Of a stretch of 64,000 nt of DNA, positions 63,571 through 64,000 are shown one piece after another. Each line of letters begins with the position of its first letter. Positions within the stretch are counted from its first letter, which is position 1. Made by a program: the position numbers and the translations under genes. Below the pieces are notes generated by a model. It was given only the letters and a program-made list of their open reading frames with translations, did no database searches and was not told the DNA's origin. Where the stretch lies: the NCBI RefSeq assembly GCF_006345805.1, contig NC_042998.1:170562001-170626000 (forward strand), written 5' to 3'. The DNA comes from Octopus sinensis (taxonomy: Eukaryota).

Positions 63571-63631
63571 GATAAAACTCTGAGTTTTGGATGTTGGGGT
63601 GGAAACCCACGCCGGCATCTCTTCAGTTATC
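63571..63631 (-). ncRNA. Hammerhead-like motif with a single core substitution (G12A)
   Basis: GAUAA CUGAAGA GAUG...CAUC C AAAA CUC-A-GAG UU UUAUC. All three stems pair, but GAAA reads AAAA. Confidence 0.45.
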
Positions 63632-64000
63632 AGGCCATCAAAAAGATGCTATGAAAATGACCGTTAAACAAAAGGAAATTACTGTGTGATTGACCGTTAT
63701 TAAGACAAAAGAACTATTAGAATGACCGCTAAGTAAAGGGAAGGAAGTAAAGGTAAGGGAGTAAAAATGTTCATAGCAATCACGTAAGTGTGCATGTCCA
63801 TACATACACATGTGTGCCCTTACACCCATGTACATGTGCCTATATGTATATACTCATCCACCCTCACTTGAAACACACACATGCTCACCCACACATTTGC
63901 CAAAAAATATATACATACCCGCATACACGCTTGCACACACACACACACACACACGTGCACAAAAAAGGTTCATATACACGTCTATATACACACATGCACA

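Overview
AT-rich eukaryotic DNA dense in microsatellites and transposons. The tRNA/CORE-type SINEs, RTE tails and TTAGGG-like repeats suggest an octopus or other cephalopod (inference, no search run). One host gene is recognisable: a + strand inhibitor-of-apoptosis (IAP/BIRC-like) gene. Four coding exons can be reconstructed (28034-28943, 29799-29980, 31024-31126, 34838-34972), encoding four BIR repeats and the start of a UBA domain, with a GC-AG intron 2. No RING exon was found in the window. The rest is mobile DNA: RTE LINE fragments, an R4/Dong-like LINE, a decayed Gypsy, a non-coding LTR element with repeated tRNA-Trp-like primer sites, a decayed Helitron Rep, non-autonomous Helitrons in a tandem plus fold-back array, and hAT, pogo/Tigger and piggyBac-type elements. 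Features the ORF track does not show are a ~3.9 kb palindrome made of the 3' end of a Penelope-like element, about ten unrelated minimal type-I hammerhead-like motifs (many inside fold-back elements), and a tandemly repeated H-type pseudoknot with compensatory changes in an RTE 3' UTR. Nearly all other listed ORFs are microsatellite or repeat artefacts.
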